A stretch of 64,000 bases of DNA, taken from NCBI GenBank assembly GCA_025928645.1, contig JAICJD010000001.1, forward strand, positions 24,108 to 88,107, written 5' to 3'. Below, piece after piece: positions 1-9,165 of this stretch (position 1 is its first letter; every line of letters begins with the position of its first letter). Origin of the DNA: Gemmatimonadales bacterium. GTDB taxonomy: Bacteria; Gemmatimonadota; Gemmatimonadetes; Gemmatimonadales; GWC2-71-9. The position numbers and the translations under genes are program-made. The notes under the pieces are model-generated. The model saw only the letters and a program-made list of their open reading frames with translations. It was not told the origin of the DNA and did no database searches.

Positions 1-372
1 TCGCTCTATGCGGCGCACGTCCAGCTCGCCCGTATCGCGGAGGCGCGCCAAGACTGGGACCAGGCGGTTCGGGAGCGCCAGGCGGCCATCGACGCCAACC
101 CCGAGGATCCTGGCCTGGTGACGGATCTCGGCGTCACGCTCTTCCGGGAAGGGCGGCTCGAGGACGCCGCCGACGCGCTGAACAAGGCGATGGCTTCAGC
201 ACCGCGAGATGCGCGCGTTCCCTATCTCTCGGGCATCGTCGCGCTGAGACTGAACCGCCGGGATGACGCCCGAGCAGCCTTCGACCGCTTTCTGGCGATC
301 GCCCCGAGCCGGTTCGGGCCCGAGATCGCGGAAGTACGTGACCAGCTCCGCACGCTGGAGGCTGCCCCGTGA
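1..372 (+). CDS. TPR-repeat protein, C-terminal fragment (5' end lies outside the window)
   Basis: Frame 1 is open from base 1 to the TGA at 370-372. It has helical Ala/Leu/Asp-rich repeats of TPR type (AIDANPEDPGLVTDLGVTLFREGRLEDAADALNKA, ALRLNRRDDARAAFDRFLAI). Confidence 0.55.
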   Translation, partial: SLYAAHVQLARIAEARQDWDQAVRERQAAIDANPEDPGLVTDLGVTLFREGRLEDAADALNKAMASAPRDARVPYLSGIVALRLNRRDDARAAFDRFLAIAPSRFGPEIAEVRDQLRTLEAAP

Positions 373-1940
373 TCCGCTCGCGGTCCGGCCCGGGAATCGT
401 GTGGGGGCTCGCCCTGGCATTGGGGGCGCCCGTGCCGCTCGCCGCCCAGACCACGACCTACGAGCAGCTGCAGGCATTCTCCGGTGTCTTGAGCCAGGTC
501 AGGGCCAACTACGTGGATTCCGTGGACGTGGGCCGCCTGGTCCAGGCGTCCATCCGGGGCATGTTGAGCTCGCTGGACCCTCACAGCCGGTACGTGACCC
601 GCGAAGACTTCGACCTCCACGTGCGCTGGGACCGGGGCGACCTCGCCGAGCCGGGGCTCTCGCTCGAACGGTCGGATGGGGCCGCCATCGTCCTCGACGT
701 GCAGACGGGAGGGCCCGCGGCTCAGGCCGGTGTTCAGCCCGGCGACCGGATCGTCCGGGTGAATGACAGCAGCGTGGTGGGCCTTGATCCGAACGCCGTC
801 GAGGCACGGCTCCTGGGCGACAAGGGAACGCGTCTCCGCATCACTTTCGAGCGCGGCAGCGTGGTGGATCCCGATACGTTTGCGGTCACCGTGAAACGCG
901 CGTTGCTCGACCACCGTGTCGTGACCGCACCGCGGATGGTGGACCCGTTGACCGGCTACGTGAGGCTCCAGCGGTTCACCCCGCCCGCGCCCAAACAGTT
1001 GAGCGAGGCGGTCAGGAAGCTGAGGGGCATGGGCGCGAAGCAGCTCGTGCTCGACCTGCGCGGCAATCCCGGTGGGGATCTCCAGGCCATGATCGAGATC
1101 GCCTCCGAATTCCTTCCGGACGGGTCCGAGGTGCTTCACACGGAAGGGCGCAAGACATCGACGCTCCCCCGGGCTGTGACGCATGGGGCCGGTGAGTTCA
1201 CGGCGCTTCCCCTGATCGTGCTGATGAACGCCGGATCGGCGAGCGCCTCGGAGATGCTCGCGGGCACGCTGCAGGACCACGATCGAGCCCTCATCCTTGG
1301 CCGGCGGAGCTTCGGCAAGGCCTTGATGCAGTCGGCCCTGCCGCTGGCGAACGGTGATGTCGTCTGGCTGACCACTGCCCGGGTCGTGACGCCGAGCGGG
1401 AGGATCATCCAACGTCGGTATACGGGCCTGGGGACGGACGAGTATCTCGCGCTGGCCGGAAGGGGTGGCGCGCCGGAGGACACGCTCGCGGTATACCGCA
1501 CTGACCACGGCCGGCCGGTTCGCGGCGGTGGTGGCGTAGCGCCTGACGTGACACGGCCCCTCGGAGCAGAGATTCCGGTCTGGTTCAGCGTAGCGTCCGA
1601 GCGCGGGTACGCCATGGCCGTCGCCGACAGCGTTGCCGCGACCCTCTCCCCCGCGGCGCCCGCGCGCACCGCGTGGCTCGCCGACAGCGCAGCGTGGGAC
1701 ACTCGGCTCGTAACGCCATTTCTTGCACAAGTGCGAGAGCGGCTCGGAGCTCGGGCGGAGTGCTCGCCGGCGCTTCGAGCCCGAATTGGGCGTCTGCTGG
1801 CGGCTCGAGCCGCCTTCACGCGCTGGGGCAGCGATGCCGAGGAAGACCTGCTCCTTGGGACCGACGCCGACGTCCGGGCGGCGCTGCCGCTGTTTCCCCG
1901 CCTTCCGGAGCTGCTTGCCGGCTCGGGGGTAGCTCCCTAG
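369..1940 (+). CDS. S41 family C-terminal processing (tail-specific) peptidase with PDZ domain
   Basis: N-terminal signal-like segment (WGLALALGAPVPLAAQ). PDZ-like GVQPGDRIVRVNDSSV. S41 motifs LVLDLRGNPGGD and GSASASE...RRSFGK. The GTG start overlaps the upstream stop (GTGA). Confidence 0.85.
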   Translation: MIRSRSGPGIVWGLALALGAPVPLAAQTTTYEQLQAFSGVLSQVRANYVDSVDVGRLVQASIRGMLSSLDPHSRYVTREDFDLHVRWDRGDLAEPGLSLERSDGAAIVLDVQTGGPAAQAGVQPGDRIVRVNDSSVVGLDPNAVEARLLGDKGTRLRITFERGSVVDPDTFAVTVKRALLDHRVVTAPRMVDPLTGYVRLQRFTPPAPKQLSEAVRKLRGMGAKQLVLDLRGNPGGDLQAMIEIASEFLPDGSEVLHTEGRKTSTLPRAVTHGAGEFTALPLIVLMNAGSASASEMLAGTLQDHDRALILGRRSFGKALMQSALPLANGDVVWLTTARVVTPSGRIIQRRYTGLGTDEYLALAGRGGAPEDTLAVYRTDHGRPVRGGGGVAPDVTRPLGAEIPVWFSVASERGYAMAVADSVAATLSPAAPARTAWLADSAAWDTRLVTPFLAQVRERLGARAECSPALRARIGRLLAARAAFTRWGSDAEEDLLLGTDADVRAALPLFPRLPELLAGSGVAP

Positions 1941-2010
1941 AGGCCCTCGCGCGGCGCTATCTTCCGTATGAATTCAGTCCCGGCACCGCGACCCTCTCCC
2001 CCCGAGTCCG

Positions 2011-4137
2011 ATGGCCACACGCACCTCCCTCAGGCCCCGCACGGCCGCCAAGCTGGAAAAGGCGGACCTCCTCGAGATGTACCACCTCATGCTGCTCGCG
2101 CGCCGGATCGACGACAAGGAGATCCAGCTCAAGCGGCAGAACAAGATCTTCTTCCAGATCTCCGGGGCGGGACACGAGGCAGTGCTGGTGGCGGCCGCCC
2201 GAGTGCTCAGGCCGGCATACGACTGGTTCTACACCTACTACCGCGACCGGGCCCTCTACCTCGGCCTGGGCATGACCGCCACCGAGCAGCTCCTCTCCGC
2301 CGTGGGCGCGGCCGACGACCCCAATTCCGGCGGCCGCCAGATGCCCTCCCATTGGGGGCACAAGGCGCTCAACATCGTAAGCGCCTCGAGTCCGACGGGC
2401 ACCCAGTTCCTCCAGGCGGTGGGTTGCGCCGAGGCGTGGCTCCGGTACTCCAGCATCGAGGGGATCGCCGATCGGGACGAGCAGATCCATGGCGACGAAG
2501 TGGTGCTCTGCACCACCGGCGACGGCACCACCAGCGAGGGCGAATTCTGGGAGGCGCTCAACACCGCCGCCAACCTCAAGCTGCCCGTCGTCTTCCTGGT
2601 CGAGGACAACGGCTACGCCATCTCGGTCCCGGTGGAGGTCAACACCGCGGGCGGCTCGATTTCCCGCCTCCTTACCGGATTCCCCGGGCTCTTCATCCAG
2701 GAAGTCGACGGCTGCGATGTCTTCGCGTCGTACGACGCCATGGTCAAGGCCGTGGACTACGCGCGGGCCCGGAAAGGCCCGGCGCTGGTCCACGCCAAGG
2801 TGATCCGCCCCTACAGCCACTCGCTCTCGGATGACGAGGTGCAGTATCGGCCGCCGGTCGAGCGCCAGGTGGACGCGGAACGCGATCCGCTGAACCGGCT
2901 GCCGAAGCATCTGCTTGAGGAAGGGATCGCGACGCAGGCGGAGCTCGACGCGATCGCGCAGCAGGTCGCCGAGGAGGTGCAGGGCGCTACCGAGGTGGCG
3001 CTCGCCTCGCCGCAGCCGGCCACCGACACGGTGTATCGCTACGTCTATTCCCCCGACGTCGACCCCACCTCGGAGCAGTTCGACACCGAAGACGATCCGC
3101 GCTTCACCGGCGACCCGACCACGATGGTCGACCTGCTCAACACCTGTCTCCGGGACGAGATGACGCGGGATGCCCGGATCGTGGTGTTCGGCGAGGACGT
3201 GGCGGACTGCAGCCGGGAGGGCAACCTCGCCGACGTGAAGGGCAAGGGAGGCGTTTTCAAGGTCACGTGGGGCCTGCAGCGCGCCTTCGGCAGCGCCCGG
3301 GTGTACAACTCGCCCCTGGCTGAGGCGAACATCATCGGCCGCGCCATCGGGCTCGCCACGCGCGGACTCAAGCCGGTGGTGGAGATCCAGTTTTTCGACT
3401 ACATCTGGCCCGCCTACATGCAGCTCCGGAACGAGCTCGCGCTCATGCGCTGGCGGTCCAACAACGCCTTCTCGGCGCCCGTGGTGGTTCGGGTCACCTA
3501 CGGCGGCTATCTCAAGGGCGGCTCGGTGTATCACTCGCAGACCGGCGCCGCGATCTTCACCGGGGTGCCGGGCCTCCGCGTGGTCTGCCCGTCCACCGCG
3601 CTCGACGCGAACGGGCTGCTCCGCACCGCCATCCGGGCCGACGACCCGGTGCTCTTCCTCGAGCACAAGCATCTCTATCGGCAGACGTACAACAAGGCGC
3701 CGAACCCCGGTCCGAACTTCATGATCCCGCTCGGCAAGGCCAAGGTGGTCCGCCCCGGGACCGATCTCACCGTCATCACCTACGGCGCGCTGGTGCAGCG
3801 CTCGCTCTGGGCCGCGAAGGAGGCGGAGGAGCGGCACGGACTAAGCGCCGAGGTGGTCGATCTGCGCTCGCTCTCACCGGTGGACTGGGACACGATCGGA
3901 GCGTCGGTGCGGAAGACCAACCGCGTGATCGTGGCGTACGAGGATTCGCTGTCGTGGGGCTATGGAGCGGAGATCGCCGCGCGCATCGCGGACGAGATGT
4001 TCAGCTATCTCGATGCGCCGGTCCGGCGGGTGGCCTCCACCGACACCTTCGTGGCCTACGCACCGGAGCTGGAGGACGTCATTCTGCCGCAGGTGAACGA
4101 TCTCGAGGAGGCGATGATCGAGATCGCGAAGTTCTGA
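2011..4137 (+). CDS. Fused alpha/beta E1 component of a 2-oxoacid (branched-chain type) dehydrogenase, TPP-dependent
   Basis: 708 aa. The N-half resembles E1-alpha ([38 protein letters not shown]). The C-half resembles E1-beta/transketolase ([10 protein letters not shown]..., [21 protein letters not shown]). Confidence 0.85.
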   Translation: MATRTSLRPRTAAKLEKADLLEMYHLMLLARRIDDKEIQLKRQNKIFFQISGAGHEAVLVAAARVLRPAYDWFYTYYRDRALYLGLGMTATEQLLSAVGAADDPNSGGRQMPSHWGHKALNIVSASSPTGTQFLQAVGCAEAWLRYSSIEGIADRDEQIHGDEVVLCTTGDGTTSEGEFWEALNTAANLKLPVVFLVEDNGYAISVPVEVNTAGGSISRLLTGFPGLFIQEVDGCDVFASYDAMVKAVDYARARKGPALVHAKVIRPYSHSLSDDEVQYRPPVERQVDAERDPLNRLPKHLLEEGIATQAELDAIAQQVAEEVQGATEVALASPQPATDTVYRYVYSPDVDPTSEQFDTEDDPRFTGDPTTMVDLLNTCLRDEMTRDARIVVFGEDVADCSREGNLADVKGKGGVFKVTWGLQRAFGSARVYNSPLAEANIIGRAIGLATRGLKPVVEIQFFDYIWPAYMQLRNELALMRWRSNNAFSAPVVVRVTYGGYLKGGSVYHSQTGAAIFTGVPGLRVVCPSTALDANGLLRTAIRADDPVLFLEHKHLYRQTYNKAPNPGPNFMIPLGKAKVVRPGTDLTVITYGALVQRSLWAAKEAEERHGLSAEVVDLRSLSPVDWDTIGASVRKTNRVIVAYEDSLSWGYGAEIAARIADEMFSYLDAPVRRVASTDTFVAYAPELEDVILPQVNDLEEAMIEIAKF

Positions 4138-4138
4138 G

Positions 4139-6037
4139 CTACGGGCGCATGGCCTCGCGGATCTCGCCCGCGGCGGCGATCGCGTTGTCCACGTCGCGGG
4201 ACAGCGCCTTGGCCTGCTGGGTGGCCTGAGTCAGGTCGCCGAGGACGGCCGCGACGCCGGCGGAACGAAGGCGAAGCAGGTCGAATCGGACATTCTGCAT
4301 GGCCAGCACGCAGGATTCGAGGTGCCCCGCGACCTGGCCTCGGCGGCTCTGGATATCCACGATGGCCTGCCGCTGCCGCGCGAGCAGGTTGAGCCGGCGT
4401 GCCCGCTCGGGATCGTCAGGCTCGCGGTTGAGGGCGGCCAGCCGTTCGTCGATCTGGAGCAGCTCCTCGGTATTCATGCTGCTGTCGAGAGCATGCAGGG
4501 TCCGGGCGAGATCCGTGGCGCGCTCGTACAGCGCGTCCACCGTCTGCTGAACCTCAGGCAACATTTTCCGCTCCGAGGCGGGAAGCCGATCGAGCAGCTT
4601 CAGGATGGCCTGGCGGTCGCCCTGGACCTGCTGGATGGCGCCCAGGTGCACTCCGAAATCCTCGGGCTTGGGCGGCGGGAGCTGCCGCCCAAACCGCGTC
4701 GATCCCTTCACCATGGTAGTCTCGATGGCGTCCGGAGCCGGTGGGCGCGTCAGCACGTCACGCCAGCTGTACCCCGCCTGCCAGAGCTGAGAGTATCCCC
4801 TGAACAGGCCGATCCCCATGCCGAACATGGGGAACAGAAACCAGGGATCGTGGATCCCCGTGGCGACGTTGATGCCGAGACAGCCCAGGCTCACCGCTGC
4901 CCAGCTCGCGAACTGGCCGCGCACCCGCTGCACGATCCTCGGCTCGCCGGTGTCCGGGACGAGATCCTTGTCCCGATCGTGCCGCTCACGGAGATCGCGC
5001 CGGCGCGCGGCGCCGGCGGCTCGCGGAGAAAGCGGCGGCCCCGGGCGGCCGGGCAGGGCACGGGCGCCCGGATCGCGCCCCGCCGGTGGCCGGGCGCGGC
5101 TTCCGGTCAGCGGACGAGGCGAGGCCGCGCCGGGTTGCTGGCCGCGGAAGGTCGTTCCCGTCGGCCGGTAGCCGCTCACCGAGCGGCTCTCCAGCGAGCG
5201 CCGGAGCGCATCGGCGCTGGGCCAGCGGTTTTCCGGGTCCTTCTCCAGGCACCGGCTCACCGCGAGCGCCATGTCCTCGGGCACGTCGGGCCGGCGGGTG
5301 CGGAGGTCGGGCGCTGGTTCGGTGATCTGCTTCATGAGGATCCCGGCCACCGTCGGCGCGGTGAACGGGAGCTCGCCGGTGAGCATCTGGTAGCTCACCA
5401 CGCCCAGGCTGTAGACGTCCGAGCGGCCGTCGATGTCGCGCTCGCCCGCGGCCTGCTCGGGGCTCATGAACGCGGGCGTTCCGATCGCCACGCCCGCTCC
5501 CGTGAGCGTCGCCCCCGAGCTGGATGAGAGCGCCTTCGCGATGCCGAAGTCCGTCACCATGACCCGGCCGCGCGGCCCTTCGAGCAGGATGTTGTCGGGC
5601 TTGATGTCGCGATGAATGATCGACAGCGCATGGGCGGCGCTCAGGGCGTCCGCGGCCTCCATCATGATCCGCCGTGCCTCGTCGACCGGCAGCTTTCCGC
5701 GGCGCCGAATGCGGGCGGCCACGGACTCGCCGTCCACGTATCCCATCACGAAATAGACGAGGCCCTGGCCCTCGCCGACCGTGTGGATCGGCACGATGTT
5801 GGGGTGTGAGAGGCGGGCGGCCGTCTGCGCTTCGCGGGTGAACCGCTCGCGAATGTCCCGCTGAAAGGCGAGCTCGGGGGGCAGAACCTTGATGGCGACC
5901 CGTCGCTGGAGCCGCTCGTCACGGGCCCGGTACACGACGCCCATGCCTCCGCGGCCGATCTCTCCCTCGATGGTGTACGCGTCGCCCAGCGCTTCGGCAA
6001 GGCGCGCCGCCAGCGGCTTATCGGCCGAGTCTGTCAT
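4139..6037 (-). CDS. Ser/Thr protein kinase with C-terminal membrane-spanning and helical region
   Basis: Hanks kinase motifs: GEIGRGGMGVVYRA, AIKVL, HRDIKPDNILL, TDFGIAK, GTPAFMSPEQ. I moved the start to the ATG at 6035-6037 (MTDSADKP...) because the 113 upstream codons of the track ORF are Arg/Pro-rich and non-protein-like. Two hydrophobic segments (WAAVSLGCLGINVATGI, WFLFPMFGMGIGLF) precede a long helical tail. Confidence 0.85.
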   Translation of the reverse strand: MTDSADKPLAARLAEALGDAYTIEGEIGRGGMGVVYRARDERLQRRVAIKVLPPELAFQRDIRERFTREAQTAARLSHPNIVPIHTVGEGQGLVYFVMGYVDGESVAARIRRRGKLPVDEARRIMMEAADALSAAHALSIIHRDIKPDNILLEGPRGRVMVTDFGIAKALSSSSGATLTGAGVAIGTPAFMSPEQAAGERDIDGRSDVYSLGVVSYQMLTGELPFTAPTVAGILMKQITEPAPDLRTRRPDVPEDMALAVSRCLEKDPENRWPSADALRRSLESRSVSGYRPTGTTFRGQQPGAASPRPLTGSRARPPAGRDPGARALPGRPGPPLSPRAAGAARRRDLRERHDRDKDLVPDTGEPRIVQRVRGQFASWAAVSLGCLGINVATGIHDPWFLFPMFGMGIGLFRGYSQLWQAGYSWRDVLTRPPAPDAIETTMVKGSTRFGRQLPPPKPEDFGVHLGAIQQVQGDRQAILKLLDRLPASERKMLPEVQQTVDALYERATDLARTLHALDSSMNTEELLQIDERLAALNREPDDPERARRLNLLARQRQAIVDIQSRRGQVAGHLESCVLAMQNVRFDLLRLRSAGVAAVLGDLTQATQQAKALSRDVDNAIAAAGEIREAMRP

Positions 6038-6343
6038 CGGCGCGGCGGTTCGGAGGCTCCCCGGAAAGGGGCCGGGGGGCGGGACGCGAAGTGTTGGAAC
6101 CGCTGAACATGGCACCCAATCTGTACCGGCGCGCGGCCAGCGGCAACTGAATTGAGGCCGCGCGAGCGCCCTGGTTCGCGGGCGCCAGGAACCCGCTTGG
6201 CTGGTTGCGCGCTTCGGTGTTTCCGTCAAACTGGCAGCAGACAAGGGTGCCATGCGGGCGGCATCTGCCTCGCCGGCGTGAGGCGGAAACCCTCCCGGCT
6301 CATAAGTTGTTTGGTAGCACGGCCCGAAGTAGCGGCGCGGGGC

Positions 6344-6358
6344 TGGCACGCTCGGTGC
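6344..6358 (+). promoter_or_regulatory. Candidate sigma-54 (-24/-12) promoter upstream of lon
   Basis: cTGGCACgctcgGTGCg compared with the consensus TGGCAC-N5-TTGC (GG and GC elements correctly spaced, one mismatch in the -12 box). It lies about 70 nt upstream of the lon ATG. This is motif evidence only. Confidence 0.25.
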
Positions 6359-6428
6359 GTTTCCCGCCCCGATCACGCGGGACCGTCATCCTCCCCAATG
6401 CTGGGGTTTTGGAAGGAGTAGTCTCTAC

Positions 6429-8966
6429 ATGGCCGAACGAATGACCTTGCCAGTGCTGCCTCTGAGAGAGGTGGTGCTGTTCCCCGGGGTTACCGCCCCG
6501 ATCGGCGCCGGTCGTCCAGCGACTCTGCGCGCCATCGAGGCTGCGCTCGCCACGCCGGAGCGGCTCGTGTTCGCCGTGTCGCAGCGGCAGAACGTCGAGA
6601 GCGTCAACCCGGACGTCCTCTATACCATCGGCACGATCGCGAAGATCGGGCAGCTGCAGCGCGGACTCTCGGGCATGCAGCTCCTCCTGCACGGCGAACA
6701 GCGTGGCATCGCGATCCACTACAGCGAGCGCGAGGGGTACCTCCAGGCCGTGGTCCGTGAAGCCGAGGAGATGCTCCCCATCAACCCGGATGACCCGGCC
6801 TTCGTGGCCCTTCATCGCGAGGCCCGCGCCCGGGCCGCGGAGCTGGGGCAGAAGTCCGGGCTGCCGGACGAAGTCGTCCAGCAGGTGCTCGCCGGCGTCA
6901 ACGAGCCGGGCCGGTTCGCCGACCTGGTCGCGGGCTACATCGATATCACGCCCGCCCAGCGGCAGGGGCTGCTCGAGACGCTGAGCGTCGAGGAGCGCCT
7001 CCGTCGGGTGCTGGTTCACGTCCAGCGCCAGATCGGCGTGCTCGATGCCCAGGAAGACATCAAGTCGCAGGTCCAGGAGGAACTGGGCGAGCGGCAGCGC
7101 GAGATGTTCTTGCGCGAGCAGCTCAAGACCATTCAGCGCGAGCTGGGCGAGGGCGACGAGCGCGACGACCTGCAAGAGCTCCGCGAGAAGATCGAGGCGC
7201 TCGACCTGCCGCCGGAGGCCCGGAAGGAAGTCGACCGCGAGCTCGGGCGGCTGAGCCGCATCGGCCGCGAGTCAATGGAGAGCCAGGTCATCCGGACGTT
7301 CCTGGAGAACGTCGTCGAGCTGCCCTGGAACGTGCGGAGCAAGGAGCACCTCTCGCTGCCCGAGGCGCAGCAGATCCTCGACGAGGATCACTACGCCCTA
7401 AGCGACGTGAAGGACCGCGTGCTCGAATTCCTCGCGGTGCGCCAGCTCCGTATGCAGCAGGAGGACGCGGCCCAGGCCGATGAGGCCAAGGCCGAGCGGA
7501 AGGCGGTGGAGGTGGCCGAGGGCGAGTCCACGGACGCGCCGCAGGCCACGGCGACCGTACCGGCGCCGAACACCGCGGTGAAGGGCAACGACGACGACCG
7601 GGCCCGTGGGCCGATCCTCCTGTTCGTGGGTCCGCCCGGCGTCGGCAAGACGTCGGTGGCCAAGAGCATCGCCCGGGCGATGGGGCGGAAGTACGTCCGC
7701 ATCTCGCTGGGCGGCGCGCGCGACGAGGCCGATATCCGCGGCCACCGGCGCACCTACGTCGGGGCCATGCCGGGCCGCATCGTCCAGGGGATGAAGCAGG
7801 CGGGCACCAAGAACCCGGTGTTCCTGCTCGACGAAGTGGACAAGCTGGGCGTCTCGTTCCAGGGCGACCCGGCGAGCGCGCTCCTCGAGGTGCTCGACCC
7901 GGCCCAGAACGACTCGTTCGTGGACCACTACCTCGGCGTGCCGTTCGACCTGAGCGAGGTGCTGTTCATCGCCACGGCGAACTTCATCCAGAACATCCCG
8001 GGGCCGCTGCTGGACCGGATGGAAGTCGTCGAGTTCGCAGGGTACACCGAGCGCGAGAAGCAGGAGATCGCCCGGAAGTACCTCATTCCGCGTCAGTTCA
8101 CCGAAAACGGGGTGAGCCCGGACAACCTCATCATCGCCGACGAGGCGCTGGCGGAGGTGATCACCAGCTACACCCGCGAGAGCGGCGTACGTCAGCTCGA
8201 GCGGGAGATCGGACGGCTGGCGCGCAAGGTGGCGCGCAAGTTCGCCTCGGGTGAGACCGGTCCCATCACGGTGAACAGGGAGATGGTGGACGACCTGCTC
8301 GGCCGTCCCAAGGTCCATCCGGAGAAGATGGCGCGCCACGACGAGGTCGGCGTCGCCACGGGGATGTACTACACCCCGACCGGCGGCGACATCATGTTCG
8401 TCGAGGCGAGCACGATGCGCGGCAAGGGCGAGCTGGTCCTCACCGGCCAGCTGGGCGACGTCATGAAGGAGTCGGCCCGCGCCGCCTGGACCTACGCCCG
8501 CTCGCACGCGGCCGGGCTGCAGATCCCGGACGAGATGTTCGACCGCGACATCCACATCCACGTGCCGGCCGGCGCCATCCCGAAGGACGGCCCGTCGGCG
8601 GGCGTGACGATGGCCTCCGCGGTCGTGAGCACGCTGTCGGGCCGGCCCGTTCGGCACGACATCGCGATGACCGGTGAGATTACGCTACGCGGCCGGGTGC
8701 TTCCGATCGGCGGCGTGAAGGAGAAGGTGCTGGGCGCAGTCCGGGCGGGCATCGACCGGATCATTCTCCCCAAGGAGAACGAGCCCGACCTCGAGGATCT
8801 GCCGCAGGAAGTGCGCGACACGATCGAGGTGCACCTGGTCTCGGAGCTGGGCGAGGTGCTCGCGCTCACGCTCCGGGGCGCGACGTTCCGGGAAGGCCGC
8901 CTGCTGTTCGGCGACGAGAAGAACCCGCGGGACGTGATGCCGCTGTCGGGTGGGTACAGGCACTAG
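6429..8966 (+). CDS. lon: ATP-dependent Lon protease
   Basis: Lon N-terminal domain. Walker A GPPGVGKTS and Walker B VFLLDEVDK. Protease active-site region PKDGPSAGV. SD-like GGAAGGAG sits 10 nt upstream of the ATG. Confidence 0.95.
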   Translation: MAERMTLPVLPLREVVLFPGVTAPIGAGRPATLRAIEAALATPERLVFAVSQRQNVESVNPDVLYTIGTIAKIGQLQRGLSGMQLLLHGEQRGIAIHYSEREGYLQAVVREAEEMLPINPDDPAFVALHREARARAAELGQKSGLPDEVVQQVLAGVNEPGRFADLVAGYIDITPAQRQGLLETLSVEERLRRVLVHVQRQIGVLDAQEDIKSQVQEELGERQREMFLREQLKTIQRELGEGDERDDLQELREKIEALDLPPEARKEVDRELGRLSRIGRESMESQVIRTFLENVVELPWNVRSKEHLSLPEAQQILDEDHYALSDVKDRVLEFLAVRQLRMQQEDAAQADEAKAERKAVEVAEGESTDAPQATATVPAPNTAVKGNDDDRARGPILLFVGPPGVGKTSVAKSIARAMGRKYVRISLGGARDEADIRGHRRTYVGAMPGRIVQGMKQAGTKNPVFLLDEVDKLGVSFQGDPASALLEVLDPAQNDSFVDHYLGVPFDLSEVLFIATANFIQNIPGPLLDRMEVVEFAGYTEREKQEIARKYLIPRQFTENGVSPDNLIIADEALAEVITSYTRESGVRQLEREIGRLARKVARKFASGETGPITVNREMVDDLLGRPKVHPEKMARHDEVGVATGMYYTPTGGDIMFVEASTMRGKGELVLTGQLGDVMKESARAAWTYARSHAAGLQIPDEMFDRDIHIHVPAGAIPKDGPSAGVTMASAVVSTLSGRPVRHDIAMTGEITLRGRVLPIGGVKEKVLGAVRAGIDRIILPKENEPDLEDLPQEVRDTIEVHLVSELGEVLALTLRGATFREGRLLFGDEKNPRDVMPLSGGYRH

Positions 8967-9019
8967 GAAGCGGTAGGCAGCAAGCAGTAAGCGGACATAG
9001 CGTGCGGGAGAGGCACCTG

Positions 9020-9100
9020 TCATCCCGAGCGCAGCGAGGGACCTTGCCGGGGAATGGCTCGAACTATGCCCGGCAAGGTCCCTCGCTGCGCTCGGGATGA
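9020..9100. repeat. 32-bp perfect inverted repeat (hairpin, 17-nt loop) between convergent lon and GGDEF genes
   Basis: Left arm 9020-9051 (tcatcccgagcgcagcgagggaccttgccggg) is the exact reverse complement of right arm 9069-9100; I checked it base by base. There is no flanking T-tract on either strand. Confidence 0.9.
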
Positions 9101-9165
9101 AGCCTGACGCTCGGGATGAAGGCTCGTGTCCGGCTTGCTACTCACCGCCCGCCGCCAGCCGCCGC

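Noticed and set aside
222-3837. Minus-strand ORFs 222-1730 (502 aa) and 1957-3837 (626 aa). Similar cases are 60623-62554 (643 aa), 16375-18189, 7398-8657 and 47506-49218.
   Set aside because: All lie opposite genes with clear conserved motifs (S41 protease, E1 dehydrogenase, CheA, oxidoreductase, Lon, acyl-CoA dehydrogenase), and all have low-complexity Arg/Pro/Gly-rich translations.
6038-6376. N-terminal extensions of track ORFs: kinase to 6376, polX to 34130, OPT to 43388, UbiA to 16570, permease to 28573, GT2 genes, M28-PDZ to 38264, desaturase to 56796, and GNATs.
   Set aside because: The extended segments are Arg/Pro/Ala-rich, often overlap the upstream gene substantially, and precede internal starts. 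Those internal starts give canonical N-termini and stop/start coupling (ATGA, GTGA or 1-nt gaps).
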